From: an uncultured virus (IMG/VR IMGVR_UViG_3300037189_010778)
Lineage: Duplodnaviria; Heunggongvirae; Uroviricota; Caudoviricetes
Strand: one strand, 5' to 3'
DNA length: 64,000 nt
IMG/VR virus record: IMGVR_UViG_3300037189_010778
Span: 1 to 64,000 of that record
The notes below the pieces were generated by a model. The model was not told the DNA's origin and searched no databases. It saw only the letters and a program-made list of their open reading frames with translations. Shown here piece by piece: positions 40,699 through 50,369 of this stretch. Made by a program: the position numbers and the translations under genes. Positions within the stretch are counted from its first letter, which is position 1, and each line of letters begins with the position of its first letter.

Positions 40699-41460
40699 TT
40701 ATGGAGACACATTAGCGTAATTTTTTTCATAAATTGTACTAGAAATAGTATGATATTTATGACAATCACTACATTGTAATTGAATTCGTGGTGTACCTAA
40801 AGCTGAGTATCGTTTTTTAGAGAACTTCATATTTTCTGATCCGCATTCAGGACATGAATGTTTTTCACCACCATTTAAAACACCATGATGTATTTTAGCT
40901 GGGATATATGTGGACATTTCATTATATACTTTTTCTAATAATTCAACATCATTTTTACAATATTCTATCATATATTCTAAGGATTCTTTATCCTTATCTA
41001 ATACTACTTTTTTCCATAGATCATACCCAGTGTGTGTTTTTTGTCCTATACCTAAAAATTTAGCGATATAATCTAATTTATTACTATTAAATTTAAATTT
41101 AGAACGAGCGCTTTTTAATGTATCTAATGTTGTATAATTAGGAAATACAGGAATACGATGATATAAGCATCTTGTTCTAATCCAAGGCAAATCAAATCTG
41201 TCACCATTATGACCTATCAATTCATCCGCTTCATTAGCAACAAGAATAAAGTTTTCTAATAATTTTTTATCATCTTGATTATTATCCCATTGTAATGAAT
41301 ATATTTTATCTTCACCCGCCCATTTATAACATATACAAATAATAGCGCGTTCTTTAATTATATTATCGTGACTTATATTTAATCTATAACCTGCAGTCCA
41401 AAACAGTCCAATATTTGGACTTGTTTCGATATCAAAGAATAATCTTTTAATTTTTTTCAT
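40699..41460 (-). CDS. DEDD/RNase H-like 3'-5' exonuclease with C-terminal Zn ribbon
   Basis: FFDIET; GHNGDRFD; YCKNDV; CPECGS...CSDC. Confidence 0.85.
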   Translation of the reverse strand: MKKIKRLFFDIETSPNIGLFWTAGYRLNISHDNIIKERAIICICYKWAGEDKIYSLQWDNNQDDKKLLENFILVANEADELIGHNGDRFDLPWIRTRCLYHRIPVFPNYTTLDTLKSARSKFKFNSNKLDYIAKFLGIGQKTHTGYDLWKKVVLDKDKESLEYMIEYCKNDVELLEKVYNEMSTYIPAKIHHGVLNGGEKHSCPECGSENMKFSKKRYSALGTPRIQLQCSDCHKYHTISSTIYEKNYANVSP

Positions 41461-41480
41461 AATAGAATTTTATTTAAATA

Positions 41481-41512
41481 ACAATATAAGCATAGGTTTA
41501 AAAATAACCAAA
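41481..41512 (-). promoter_or_regulatory. Bacteroidota-type promoter variant
   Basis: TTTG-N20-TATATTGT. Confidence 0.55.
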
Positions 41513-41513
41513 C

Positions 41514-42806
41514 TTATCTTTTACCTCTAAATTTATTGAAAAAATCAATTATGTCTTGTGGTGTGGTTTTTTCATTAATAACTAATTCCTCTTCTTTAGC
41601 TGTTTCCTTTCCAGGTATACCTGTAGCAAAGGTATTACCATAGAGTTTAATATTAGCTGCTTTATTTACTTCCCAATATTGGCCTCCTTTAAAATTAACA
41701 TAGTTTATCTTACTTACTCTATTTTTTAATTCTTTATTTTTTTGTATAGCGATATCACTTATAAATAATTTTTCTCCATTAGAATTATGAATAGCATATT
41801 CTTTAGGCACAGGGATAATTTTTATTTTATATCCACTACCTGAATGACCTATTTGGCCTACTTTACCTACATAATCAGGATCGTCAGAAGCTAGTTCTTT
41901 AGCGTATTTTTGTAATTCACTTTTATCAGAATCATTCATTAATAATTCTACTTTAAAATCTGGATTGTTGCGTATACTTTTAAGTAATGCTCTATCTGAC
42001 GCTGTTCCTAATACTGATTTAGCTTGAGATATAAGTTGTTGTTTTAATGCTTCCGCAGTTCTTATAGTGTATGGAAGTATTCTGTATGCTGTTCCACCAT
42101 CTGTTGTTATTTTAAATAAGTAAAATTGATTTTTTACATCACTAGGTACTGGTTCTTTTCCACCTCTTGGTGTACCTTTTTTCTTATAAAATGATGGTCT
42201 ATCTTCAGGGCGATCATATATTTTTTTTCTACCCATCTCATCTATAGACTCAACCTCATTCTCAATATCTTCATTTTTATCTATAGTAAAAGAATCTGTA
42301 ACTTTACCATTAGTTAAAATTAAATTTATATCATCACCCTCTTGTCTTTTATTTATTACTTTTACTTTTTCTCCTTTTTTAAACTTACCTAAATTACCCC
42401 CTAATATAAAAGTATCTCCAGTTTTAATAAACATGACTTTATCTTCTTTTACAAGTTTAGCTTGTAATTCATCAGGTAATTTAGTTTGTTTTCCTTTTAA
42501 TTTAGGATTATCATCATACTTACGAGTAAATGTGGTTTCTGATTTTATTTTTGATGGAGATGTAAGAATTTTAATATCATCTATATCTAAACCTTGTTTT
42601 GGATTTTTATCTGTACCAAAAACAACACCTGCAGCATTTAACCATTTATCAGTTATTTTAAGTTCATCACCTACTTTGATATCTTCATATCCTCGAGGTA
42701 ATGACTTACCTTGAAATTCTTGTGGATTTATATTTGTTACTTTAATAGTAGTACCAACTTTTGGTTCTTTTAAATTTTCTATTAATAGTTTAACTAATTG
42801 GATCAT
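41514..42806 (-). CDS. Multidomain hypothetical protein, MIQLVKLLIE leader
   Basis: 430 aa ORF. Confidence 0.65.
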   Translation of the reverse strand: MIQLVKLLIENLKEPKVGTTIKVTNINPQEFQGKSLPRGYEDIKVGDELKITDKWLNAAGVVFGTDKNPKQGLDIDDIKILTSPSKIKSETTFTRKYDDNPKLKGKQTKLPDELQAKLVKEDKVMFIKTGDTFILGGNLGKFKKGEKVKVINKRQEGDDINLILTNGKVTDSFTIDKNEDIENEVESIDEMGRKKIYDRPEDRPSFYKKKGTPRGGKEPVPSDVKNQFYLFKITTDGGTAYRILPYTIRTAEALKQQLISQAKSVLGTASDRALLKSIRNNPDFKVELLMNDSDKSELQKYAKELASDDPDYVGKVGQIGHSGSGYKIKIIPVPKEYAIHNSNGEKLFISDIAIQKNKELKNRVSKINYVNFKGGQYWEVNKAANIKLYGNTFATGIPGKETAKEEELVINEKTTPQDIIDFFNKFRGKR

Positions 42807-43423
42807 GGTTTTTTAATTTTAAAATTTTTTACTATATTGTATTTTATAGATGGGTTTACTTTAAGTAATTCTAAAAGTTCAATATAACTACTTAACATTG
42901 GAGGTTCTTCTTCTACAATATCATCATCTGGTATATGATTAATTATATCAGATATGTTCATTATATCTAAATTTATTAATGATGGTGATATATCAACTCC
43001 ATTAGGCAATAATTTTAAATTTATTCTCTCTTCAGATTCGTCTGTAAATAAGTGTCTACCATATCCTGCTTTAATATCGGCATACGGTTCTATTCTATAT
43101 CGTTCTGATAGCATATCTCCATCAATTTTAATTCTAACATTTTGACTTATAGAATTTGATTTCATATACTTGTTTCTAGTAAATGAAAGATATGATGATT
43201 GTTTACTTCCTATCACAGGATTCATAATTAAGCCATCATTTATTATATCAATCATACTTCTATAAGAAGTGAAATGATATAATATCCCTACTTGTTTAGC
43301 TTCACCTAATATTTCTTGAATTATATTATTTAATAAGGTAACATCATGATTATCATTCATGTCAGGATAACCTTTAGGAAATTTATAAGCAAACTTTTTA
43401 AAGAATTTATCAAATATATCCAT
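42803..43423 (-). CDS. Hypothetical protein with possible ADP-ribosyltransferase-fold domain
   Basis: ILGE-AKQVGILYHFT...LSFTR...ESEERI. Confidence 0.5.
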   Translation of the reverse strand: MDIFDKFFKKFAYKFPKGYPDMNDNHDVTLLNNIIQEILGEAKQVGILYHFTSYRSMIDIINDGLIMNPVIGSKQSSYLSFTRNKYMKSNSISQNVRIKIDGDMLSERYRIEPYADIKAGYGRHLFTDESEERINLKLLPNGVDISPSLINLDIMNISDIINHIPDDDIVEEEPPMLSSYIELLELLKVNPSIKYNIVKNFKIKKP

Positions 43424-44118
43424 TATTTAGTTTTTATATTTCTTATACTAGTGAATATATTATTTAATAATACTGTATCATCAGATTTAATTAATCCTAT
43501 CATAATATCTGCTAGTATTTTATTAGCAGCTGGATTTAGGACTTTATTTTGTTTGACTAATGATATTGTAGTGTTAATCTTTGTTGGTTCTATGCTAGGT
43601 ATTTCTAATTTTTTAAGATATGAAACTAGGGCTGATATGTTGCCTTCTATTTCTTCTTCATTAAGGACATTAATGATTTCTTCTTTAACAAGTTTACGTA
43701 ATTGTTGCATTTTATTTTCTTTTATTCCAGTTACTGTCCTATCTTGATAATTATTTTTTAAATAATCTACTAGTTTTTGGTTCATATTAAAATCTTGTTC
43801 TAATGGTTTATTATCAGACTCTCCTTCTATAGTTTTAGATATTACTCGCATAAATCCATTTTCAATAGTATCATCTATAATTTTAGACATATTATCATCT
43901 ATATCTAATTTATCTAACCATGTTTTTGTTTTTTTAGTATCTGGTTTAGATATAGCGGCTTTAATAAAATCATATGTAGTTTTAGCTGTACTCAGACCTG
44001 GTATAAAATCAGATATAGTATCTGCCGCTAATCCAGCTATTTTTTCTCCTTTTTGTTTAAGAGATATAGATTTTATAGCTTTTTTTAAATCACCATATGT
44101 TTTTAACTCATTAGCCAT
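43423..44118 (-). CDS. Hypothetical protein with internal LRKLVKEEIINVLNE segment
   Basis: 231 aa ORF. Confidence 0.65.
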   Translation of the reverse strand: MANELKTYGDLKKAIKSISLKQKGEKIAGLAADTISDFIPGLSTAKTTYDFIKAAISKPDTKKTKTWLDKLDIDDNMSKIIDDTIENGFMRVISKTIEGESDNKPLEQDFNMNQKLVDYLKNNYQDRTVTGIKENKMQQLRKLVKEEIINVLNEEEIEGNISALVSYLKKLEIPSIEPTKINTTISLVKQNKVLNPAANKILADIMIGLIKSDDTVLLNNIFTSIRNIKTK

Positions 44119-44130
44119 TTACTATTATTT

Positions 44131-44712
44131 TTAAGCCTCAGCAGGTACTTCTTCTGATTTCTCTACTGCGGGAGCTTCTGCTGGTGTTTCTTCTGCTGGT
44201 GTGGAAGATGTAGGAGGTCTTCCAGGAGACGATGCTTCACCTGGTGTTTCAGGGAATTCAAATGATTCTTCTGGTGGTGTTTCTACAGCTGTTTCACCAT
44301 AGTATAACATATGAGCTAATGTTTGACAAGCAAATTCTTCTTCACCTATATTAAGTAAATAGTATTTTTTACCTTCAATTTGAGCTATCCAACTTTTTGG
44401 AGTATATATTAAATAAAATAATTCATCATTAGCTAATATAACCCTAAATGTTAAAGGTTTAGGAGCTACCCACTGTATATCTTTTACAAAAGGCCCGTAA
44501 TTAGGTGTAAGTAATGTCTCTATAACTTCTTTAAGAGGTGGGAACTTAGACACTATTGGAAATTTTTCAGATGGAACAGACATCTCATCTGAGTCATCTG
44601 TATTATCTGTAGAATCTATAAAATTATCAGTATCAATAGAGTCATTAGAAGCAGGTTTATATACCTGCTTAACTAATGCTTTTACTTTTTCTCTAAGTTC
44701 GTCTTTAGTCAT
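44131..44712 (-). CDS. Hypothetical protein, acidic Pro-rich tail
   Basis: 193 aa ORF. Confidence 0.65.
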   Translation of the reverse strand: MTKDELREKVKALVKQVYKPASNDSIDTDNFIDSTDNTDDSDEMSVPSEKFPIVSKFPPLKEVIETLLTPNYGPFVKDIQWVAPKPLTFRVILANDELFYLIYTPKSWIAQIEGKKYYLLNIGEEEFACQTLAHMLYYGETAVETPPEESFEFPETPGEASSPGRPPTSSTPAEETPAEAPAVEKSEEVPAEA

Positions 44713-45242
44713 TATTCACCCTTTAATTTGCGCATGATTGTTTCAGCCATTCTTGCTTTTTGTTTCGCTGTTGGACCTTTACCACCACCTTTTGCTTTAT
44801 ATGACGCTACAGCTCCTGCTATTTTAGTTGCTGCTTTTTTTGATTTACCTTGTTTTTTAAGTTTCCCAACAAGTTGTTTAAACGATTCATCTATTGTATC
44901 TGTTTTTTCAGCCCAGTATCCTTTAGGTAAACCTTCTTCTATATCATCATCATTTGAAATACCTCCAACTATATCATTATAATCAGCCATAGTAAGTATT
45001 CTATCTTCAGCACTTAAAGTTGTAGCCATTTCTGTCACATCATGTAAATCCATGTCTGTTTCAGCGTCTTCTTTAGCATATTCTAACATACGTAAAAATA
45101 AAGGAACATCCATTACTATAACATCTGTTGGATTTGGTTCTTGTCTTTTACGTGAAGAAATAAACGACTCTGAGTCTATTTCATCTTGTTTAGGTACGGC
45201 TAGAGCCATTCTAACCATTTCTTTAATTCTAACTTTGTTCAT
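44712..45242 (-). CDS. Hypothetical protein
   Basis: 176 aa; MDVPLFLRMLEYAKED segment; basic C-terminus. Confidence 0.65.
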   Translation of the reverse strand: MNKVRIKEMVRMALAVPKQDEIDSESFISSRKRQEPNPTDVIVMDVPLFLRMLEYAKEDAETDMDLHDVTEMATTLSAEDRILTMADYNDIVGGISNDDDIEEGLPKGYWAEKTDTIDESFKQLVGKLKKQGKSKKAATKIAGAVASYKAKGGGKGPTAKQKARMAETIMRKLKGE

Positions 45243-45244
45243 GA

Positions 45245-45745
45245 TTAGGCGTTTGGATTTATATCAGGTTCAGCTACATGCTGACGAGTGAAGAAAGTAA
45301 TTGTATTGCCAATTTGATGAAGTAATTTATCATCTTTTAATTTTTCAGCAGCGTCTTGTAATTGATCAAGTAAATCTAATATACGTTCTACTTCAGGATC
45401 GTCTCCACCACCAGTTTCCATACTTGGTTCTTCCATATCTGGTTCTTCTATGTCAATATCTTCTATATCAATGTCTTCATCGTCATCTTTAGATTTCTTT
45501 TTAGCTTCATCTACTGGGTCATAGTATGAATCTTCTACAGCAGCACCGTCCATTTCTGCTAATACCATTTCACGTATCTTTTTACGTAATTTAGATTTAG
45601 CCATTTTTTCACCAGCTTTTTTACCTTTTTCATACTCATAAGCTCCTAAACCTTCATTGAGATTTTTACGCTCACCAAATGTATTAATCTTTAGTTCACT
45701 ATCAATGCCAGCTAATTTTAGCATTCTTTGAAATTCATTGTTCAT
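45245..45745 (-). CDS. Acidic hypothetical protein with EFQRMLKLAGI leader
   Basis: 166 aa ORF. Confidence 0.7.
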   Translation of the reverse strand: MNNEFQRMLKLAGIDSELKINTFGERKNLNEGLGAYEYEKGKKAGEKMAKSKLRKKIREMVLAEMDGAAVEDSYYDPVDEAKKKSKDDDEDIDIEDIDIEEPDMEEPSMETGGGDDPEVERILDLLDQLQDAAEKLKDDKLLHQIGNTITFFTRQHVAEPDINPNA

Positions 45746-45791
45746 TTTTATTGTATTTATTTATTATAAATATGTTAATATTTTAAAGACT

Positions 45792-46421
45792 TCATCTTTT
45801 TTTATTGTTCAGATAATTTGTAAGTAATGTACCAATAACACCTACTTTTTGACGAATATATATCCAATTTTCTTTAGTCATTTTATATTCTTCATCAGTA
45901 AATGATATACCCATAATTCCTATTAAATGATTATCTAAACTATATAATCCAACAATATAAAGCGATTTAGTATAATATTCTATAGAAAATGTTTCTAAAT
46001 CATATGTTTCATCATCGTTATCAAAACTTAATATAGATAATTCACCATCTTTGTATATTTTACCTAATGCTTTAGGGAATAAAGATACTGGTATATTTTG
46101 AAAAGTATGTTGAGTTGATACTGTATTAGGTGTTACCTTTTCATAAAAAAATGAAAATTTCTGTATAGACTTACCGGTTGGGTAAAAATGACCACCATTA
46201 TGAAATTGAGCTATCCATACTCTATTACAAGATAACTCATCCATTATATTATCTAATTGGATATCTACTAATTCATTTAATTCAACTGCTTCCTGTATTG
46301 GTGTTTTTTCAGGCTTAGATGTTAATTTATTCCGTATCCATTCAACTAACGTTGGACCTAAAACGGCTGTTATAAGAGCTATAATAATAGGAGTTAAATA
46401 TTCCATACTTATGTGTTGCAT
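45792..46421 (-). CDS. Putative holin (single N-terminal TM + GAF-like domain, T4 T-like architecture)
   Basis: PIIIALITAVLGP hydrophobic helix; RVWIAQFHNGG; near spanin-like genes. Confidence 0.45.
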   Translation of the reverse strand: MQHISMEYLTPIIIALITAVLGPTLVEWIRNKLTSKPEKTPIQEAVELNELVDIQLDNIMDELSCNRVWIAQFHNGGHFYPTGKSIQKFSFFYEKVTPNTVSTQHTFQNIPVSLFPKALGKIYKDGELSILSFDNDDETYDLETFSIEYYTKSLYIVGLYSLDNHLIGIMGISFTDEEYKMTKENWIYIRQKVGVIGTLLTNYLNNKKR

Positions 46422-46987
46422 TATTTTTTTAAACTTTGTAAATATTTAATTGCTTCTTCACGATTTTGTAATAACACTTTTTTACCTTTACCAATCCAAC
46501 TCTCTACATCACCTGCTTCTGTAACAAAAGATTCACTTTCATTTATAGTTTCATCACTCCAAATCATAAACTCTTGTATGAGAGAATCTATATCTGAATT
46601 AATAATATTTTTTTCATATTCTTCCCATAACCCTTGTTTTTTAATTTCTGATTCAAAGTCTACTTGACAATTAAAACAACGTTTATACATTATCCAAAAA
46701 CGTTTATCTAAATGAGGCTTCATTAGATTATTACATTCTGAACAGAATAAAGGCATATGGAGTTCTTGTTTGGCTTTATCTAATTTAGTTAGATTTTGTT
46801 TTATGCCATTTTTAATAATCCATTTACGACCATTTTCTTCCCATATATCTCCTTCACTATGGAATTCTTCTTTTTTAGAATAACCTATTCCTATAACTGT
46901 TTTATCATTTTGTTTACCAGTTATTAAATTACGTAAACGTTGAACATCACGCTGTTGGAATTCTTTTTTTAAAACTGTGTCTTTCAT
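46421..46987 (-). CDS. Hypothetical protein with CxxC...CxxC motif
   Basis: 188 aa; FCSEC, CFNC. Confidence 0.65.
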   Translation of the reverse strand: MKDTVLKKEFQQRDVQRLRNLITGKQNDKTVIGIGYSKKEEFHSEGDIWEENGRKWIIKNGIKQNLTKLDKAKQELHMPLFCSECNNLMKPHLDKRFWIMYKRCFNCQVDFESEIKKQGLWEEYEKNIINSDIDSLIQEFMIWSDETINESESFVTEAGDVESWIGKGKKVLLQNREEAIKYLQSLKK

Positions 46988-46989
46988 AC

Positions 46990-47403
46990 TTATTTAATGA
47001 ATATCCCTAATATAAGGGCTGTTACTATAACCATACTTGATATACCTGTCATTTTAAGATTACGTTTTAATTGTTTATTTTCTTTATTCACAATCTTAAA
47101 ATTCTGTTCATATATTTTTTCTTTTTCTTTATACATGTTTATCTGCTTATCATATAATTGTATTTTACCTACAAAATTATTAATAAGTGTATCTTTCATG
47201 TATGATGAATGTTCAGTTTCCATAAGGACATTTTGTGTTGCTTCTAATTCTTCTCTACATTCATCCCCATATGTTAAATCTAATACTATTTGTCTAGCTA
47301 CTGGGGTAGGGATACGGACGTAATTAGTATCCGTAACGGTTTGAGAAAAAGCTGTCAAGCTGAGTATTATCATACTTAACAACAATAGGATGTATTTTGG
47401 CAT
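46990..47403 (-). CDS. Exported coiled-coil protein with C-terminal TM (spanin-like candidate)
   Basis: Signal peptide ending AFS-Q; C-terminal hydrophobic stretch; overlaps upstream gene. Confidence 0.5.
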   Translation of the reverse strand: MPKYILLLLSMIILSLTAFSQTVTDTNYVRIPTPVARQIVLDLTYGDECREELEATQNVLMETEHSSYMKDTLINNFVGKIQLYDKQINMYKEKEKIYEQNFKIVNKENKQLKRNLKMTGISSMVIVTALILGIFIK

Positions 47404-47671
47404 ATTTTTCTTGAATTTTAATTATTTTAATTTTATCTTTTTCTATAATTTTATCTAAATAGACAATACTGTCTTTATACATAACAATATTACTATCTTT
47501 CAATTTATGAAGTGAATCTATTTTTTGTATTTCTTGTTTTAAACTATCTATAGATTTAAAATTTTGTTTTAACTTATCATGTTCTCCTTGAACTATATTA
47601 TAAATAAAATATGTTCCTACTAGAAGACATAACACTATAACTATGTTAGTATAATTAAATTTTTTTCTCAT
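47324..47671 (-). CDS. Membrane-anchored coiled-coil protein (i-spanin-like candidate; probable start MRKKF)
   Basis: N-terminal TM IVIVLCLLVGTYFIY followed by helical region. Confidence 0.5.
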   Translation of the reverse strand: MRKKFNYTNIVIVLCLLVGTYFIYNIVQGEHDKLKQNFKSIDSLKQEIQKIDSLHKLKDSNIVMYKDSIVYLDKIIEKDKIKIIKIQEKYAKIHPIVVKYDNTQLDSFFSNRYGY

Positions 47672-47672
47672 T

Positions 47673-48194
47673 TTATATAAATTTTTTATGTAGTACTTCT
47701 TTAATGAACTTTTTAATTTTATTTTCGTCAAGTTCTTCTACGTATTCCATATGATATATTATATCAGCGTTAGTCATAACAGTATCTATAATTTTTTCAA
47801 CAACTTTTTTATTTGGATTATTTTTTGAAGGAAATACTAAAGTATCCCCTACTACCTTCCATTTTAGTAAATTTGGTTTAGCATTTAATGTTTTTATAAA
47901 ATCATCCATAGCTGCTCTAGTTTTAGCAGGAAATGGTTCTCCTCTTTCTCTTTCTAGTCTTCTTTTAGTAGCAGGACTGTTAGGACCAAAATGATCAATC
48001 ATTGCTTTTTCTATATCACCTTTAGCGTTTCTAATATTAGTAGCATATAAACCATAATTTTTTATATCTTCTAAAGCAGCAATAGCATCTTCTACAGTAA
48101 CAGTTAATGGTTCTACTGATATGTCCCATTTTATGCTTTCATTACCAAGTGGTTCTTCTTCATTTTCTTTTATTAGCCTATAATATTTACTCAT
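47673..48194 (-). CDS. Hypothetical protein
   Basis: 173 aa; MSKYYRLIKE start; C-terminal KIKKFIKEVL. Confidence 0.65.
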   Translation of the reverse strand: MSKYYRLIKENEEEPLGNESIKWDISVEPLTVTVEDAIAALEDIKNYGLYATNIRNAKGDIEKAMIDHFGPNSPATKRRLERERGEPFPAKTRAAMDDFIKTLNAKPNLLKWKVVGDTLVFPSKNNPNKKVVEKIIDTVMTNADIIYHMEYVEELDENKIKKFIKEVLHKKFI

Positions 48195-48196
48195 TA

Positions 48197-48622
48197 TTAT
48201 TTATTTTTTATATTATCTTCCCAATTACGTAACATCATATTTCCTTTGTCATATGCTTCTCTTTCTAAATCAGGCAAATCACCATCTTCATTAGTATTGG
48301 TAGTATTTACATTATTTAATCTATTTTCTAAATTTTGCATATGATGTACCATTTCATGTGAGTATGAACGTAAAATATCTTTAGGATGTCTACCTAAAGA
48401 ATACAGTGTTATACTTTTATTACTAGGATCATAATGAGCAGTACGTCCTAATAATTTATTAGCATTTTCTGTATCATTACTTATGACTTTTAATTTAGGT
48501 AATGGTGATATGTTCATACCATTATCTAACATGTATTTAGTTAAAGATACTATACCGTTTTGAAGTTCTCCATCTTTTTTTTGGCAGTCGCATTCTTTTA
48601 ATAGTTTAACTAAAGATATCAT
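48197..48622 (-). CDS. HExxH metallopeptidase-like protein with MISLVKLLKE leader
   Basis: LRSYSHEMVHHMQ...LEREA; ATG 48622 next to late motif. Confidence 0.6.
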   Translation of the reverse strand: MISLVKLLKECDCQKKDGELQNGIVSLTKYMLDNGMNISPLPKLKVISNDTENANKLLGRTAHYDPSNKSITLYSLGRHPKDILRSYSHEMVHHMQNLENRLNNVNTTNTNEDGDLPDLEREAYDKGNMMLRNWEDNIKNK

Positions 48623-48644
48623 TAACGTTTTTGTTATAAATATG

Positions 48645-49439
48645 TTAACTATCAAGACTAATCTGGATTTCCGTTGGGAAATATTCAGAATTAGGTTTTA
48701 TATCTTGATGTTCAAGTTTATATAATTCATGTATGTATCCAAATAGTTTTAAATTTTCTTCTATAGATTTTTCAGGTTCATATATTTCCCATCCTTTACC
48801 TTGGATATTTTTACCTTTTTTATCTTCACCACGTTTTGATGATTTTAACCAAAGTATACCTACTCTATCAATTTTTTCTTCATATAATTCATTCCAAGCT
48901 TGAGCGTAAGCGGCTAATTGTAAATTATAACTAGTATGTAATGAGTTAGATGTTTTAATATCAAGTAACCATTTTTCATTATTAATTTCTACAACTAAGT
49001 CACAAGTACCAGCATATATAAATTTATCTGAAAAAAGATGTATTTCACTTTCAATTAATGTTGGTTTATAAGTTGTCCAAAATTCATGAAATTTTAATAT
49101 CATTTTCCATATATCTAATGAGTATTTAGAATACCCACTTTCATCAAGCCATTCTATTTTTTCTCCTAATAAATAACGTTCAATAGCATCATGCACTTGT
49201 GTACCTTCATCTGCTGCTTTTTTTACAATAATATCAGCATTATGTCCTACATCTTTAAGCCATGTCTCAAAGAATTTATTTTTAGGAAAATATTGTAAAA
49301 TACTAGTCACTGATGGGTAGTATTTATCATCTTTAGTATAATATCTTGTATCTAAGATATTTACTCTTTTTAATTCTTGGTTAATATTCATAATGCGTTT
49401 AACGCTTTTTTTATGAACATTTGTGTTTTTATCTATCAT
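48645..49439 (-). CDS. PD-(D/E)XK exonuclease
   Basis: YPSVTSIL; GTQVH; YAGTCDL; LDIKTS; QLAAYA. Confidence 0.85.
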   Translation of the reverse strand: MIDKNTNVHKKSVKRIMNINQELKRVNILDTRYYTKDDKYYPSVTSILQYFPKNKFFETWLKDVGHNADIIVKKAADEGTQVHDAIERYLLGEKIEWLDESGYSKYSLDIWKMILKFHEFWTTYKPTLIESEIHLFSDKFIYAGTCDLVVEINNEKWLLDIKTSNSLHTSYNLQLAAYAQAWNELYEEKIDRVGILWLKSSKRGEDKKGKNIQGKGWEIYEPEKSIEENLKLFGYIHELYKLEHQDIKPNSEYFPTEIQISLDS

Positions 49440-50362
49440 AATGTAAGTTTTTTATATAATAAGTCTGAGAATGTTAATGGTTCTGTATCTTGTATTATGT
49501 GGGTGAAATTTTTAAATCCCATGTCTGATGGGTCTTTATCTTGCATGTTTACTAAATATACTTCTTTACCTTCATTCATAAGCTGTTGACAAAATTCTAA
49601 TGCCTTTTTTTGAGCATCTTTATCTAAAGCTATATAAATTTTCTTAACAGAAGACATAACAATACGCTTCATAAGACTAGACTGTATATTTTTACCTAAC
49701 AGCGGTATAACATTACGTTTTATAGCTATAGCGTCAAATGGCCCTTCACATAATATTAATGGTAAATCCCAATTTATAAAAAATTCAAAAGGTATAATAT
49801 TACGAGATGAATTAGGATTTTTATATTTTATTGGATTTTCTTTTTCAAAACTACGAGCAGTAAAATAGTTTAATATACCATTTTCATCATATGAAGGTAC
49901 AATTATACGATTAGCATAAGTTCCAGCTTCACAATATCCTAAATTATATTTAATTATGTCATCTTCTGTTATACCTCGTTTTTTAAGATATGTTAAAGCA
50001 TGTTTAGCTATTACTGAATTAGTAATGTTTGTTAGTGGTATAAATTCTTTAGGCAGATGTACTTTATCTGTTACAGTAGATATACTATCTTGAGTATTTA
50101 CTTTTATGTATGGTTTTAATTCTGCTATTTTTTCTTTAGGTGTATCTATAGCTTTAAGCAATTGAATTAATTTTTTACCACGTTTATCACAAGCCCAACA
50201 GTGCCATTGATTAATACCTTCACTATTTTCTGTGAAATTTATTTCAAGTTTAGGTTTATGATGTTTACAAAAAGGGCAATGATAAGCATAGTTACCTTTA
50301 GATGTAGATTTACCACTACCTAAAATAGAATTGATTATTGCAATTAAAGCTTGATTTACCAT
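49436..50362 (-). CDS. DNA primase (Zn finger + TOPRIM)
   Basis: CPFCKH...HCWAC; YLKKRGI; RIIVP; KYKNP; CEGPFDA; ALDKDA; KDP. Confidence 0.9.
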   Translation of the reverse strand: MVNQALIAIINSILGSGKSTSKGNYAYHCPFCKHHKPKLEINFTENSEGINQWHCWACDKRGKKLIQLLKAIDTPKEKIAELKPYIKVNTQDSISTVTDKVHLPKEFIPLTNITNSVIAKHALTYLKKRGITEDDIIKYNLGYCEAGTYANRIIVPSYDENGILNYFTARSFEKENPIKYKNPNSSRNIIPFEFFINWDLPLILCEGPFDAIAIKRNVIPLLGKNIQSSLMKRIVMSSVKKIYIALDKDAQKKALEFCQQLMNEGKEVYLVNMQDKDPSDMGFKNFTHIIQDTEPLTFSDLLYKKLTL

Positions 50363-50369
50363 ATAACCT

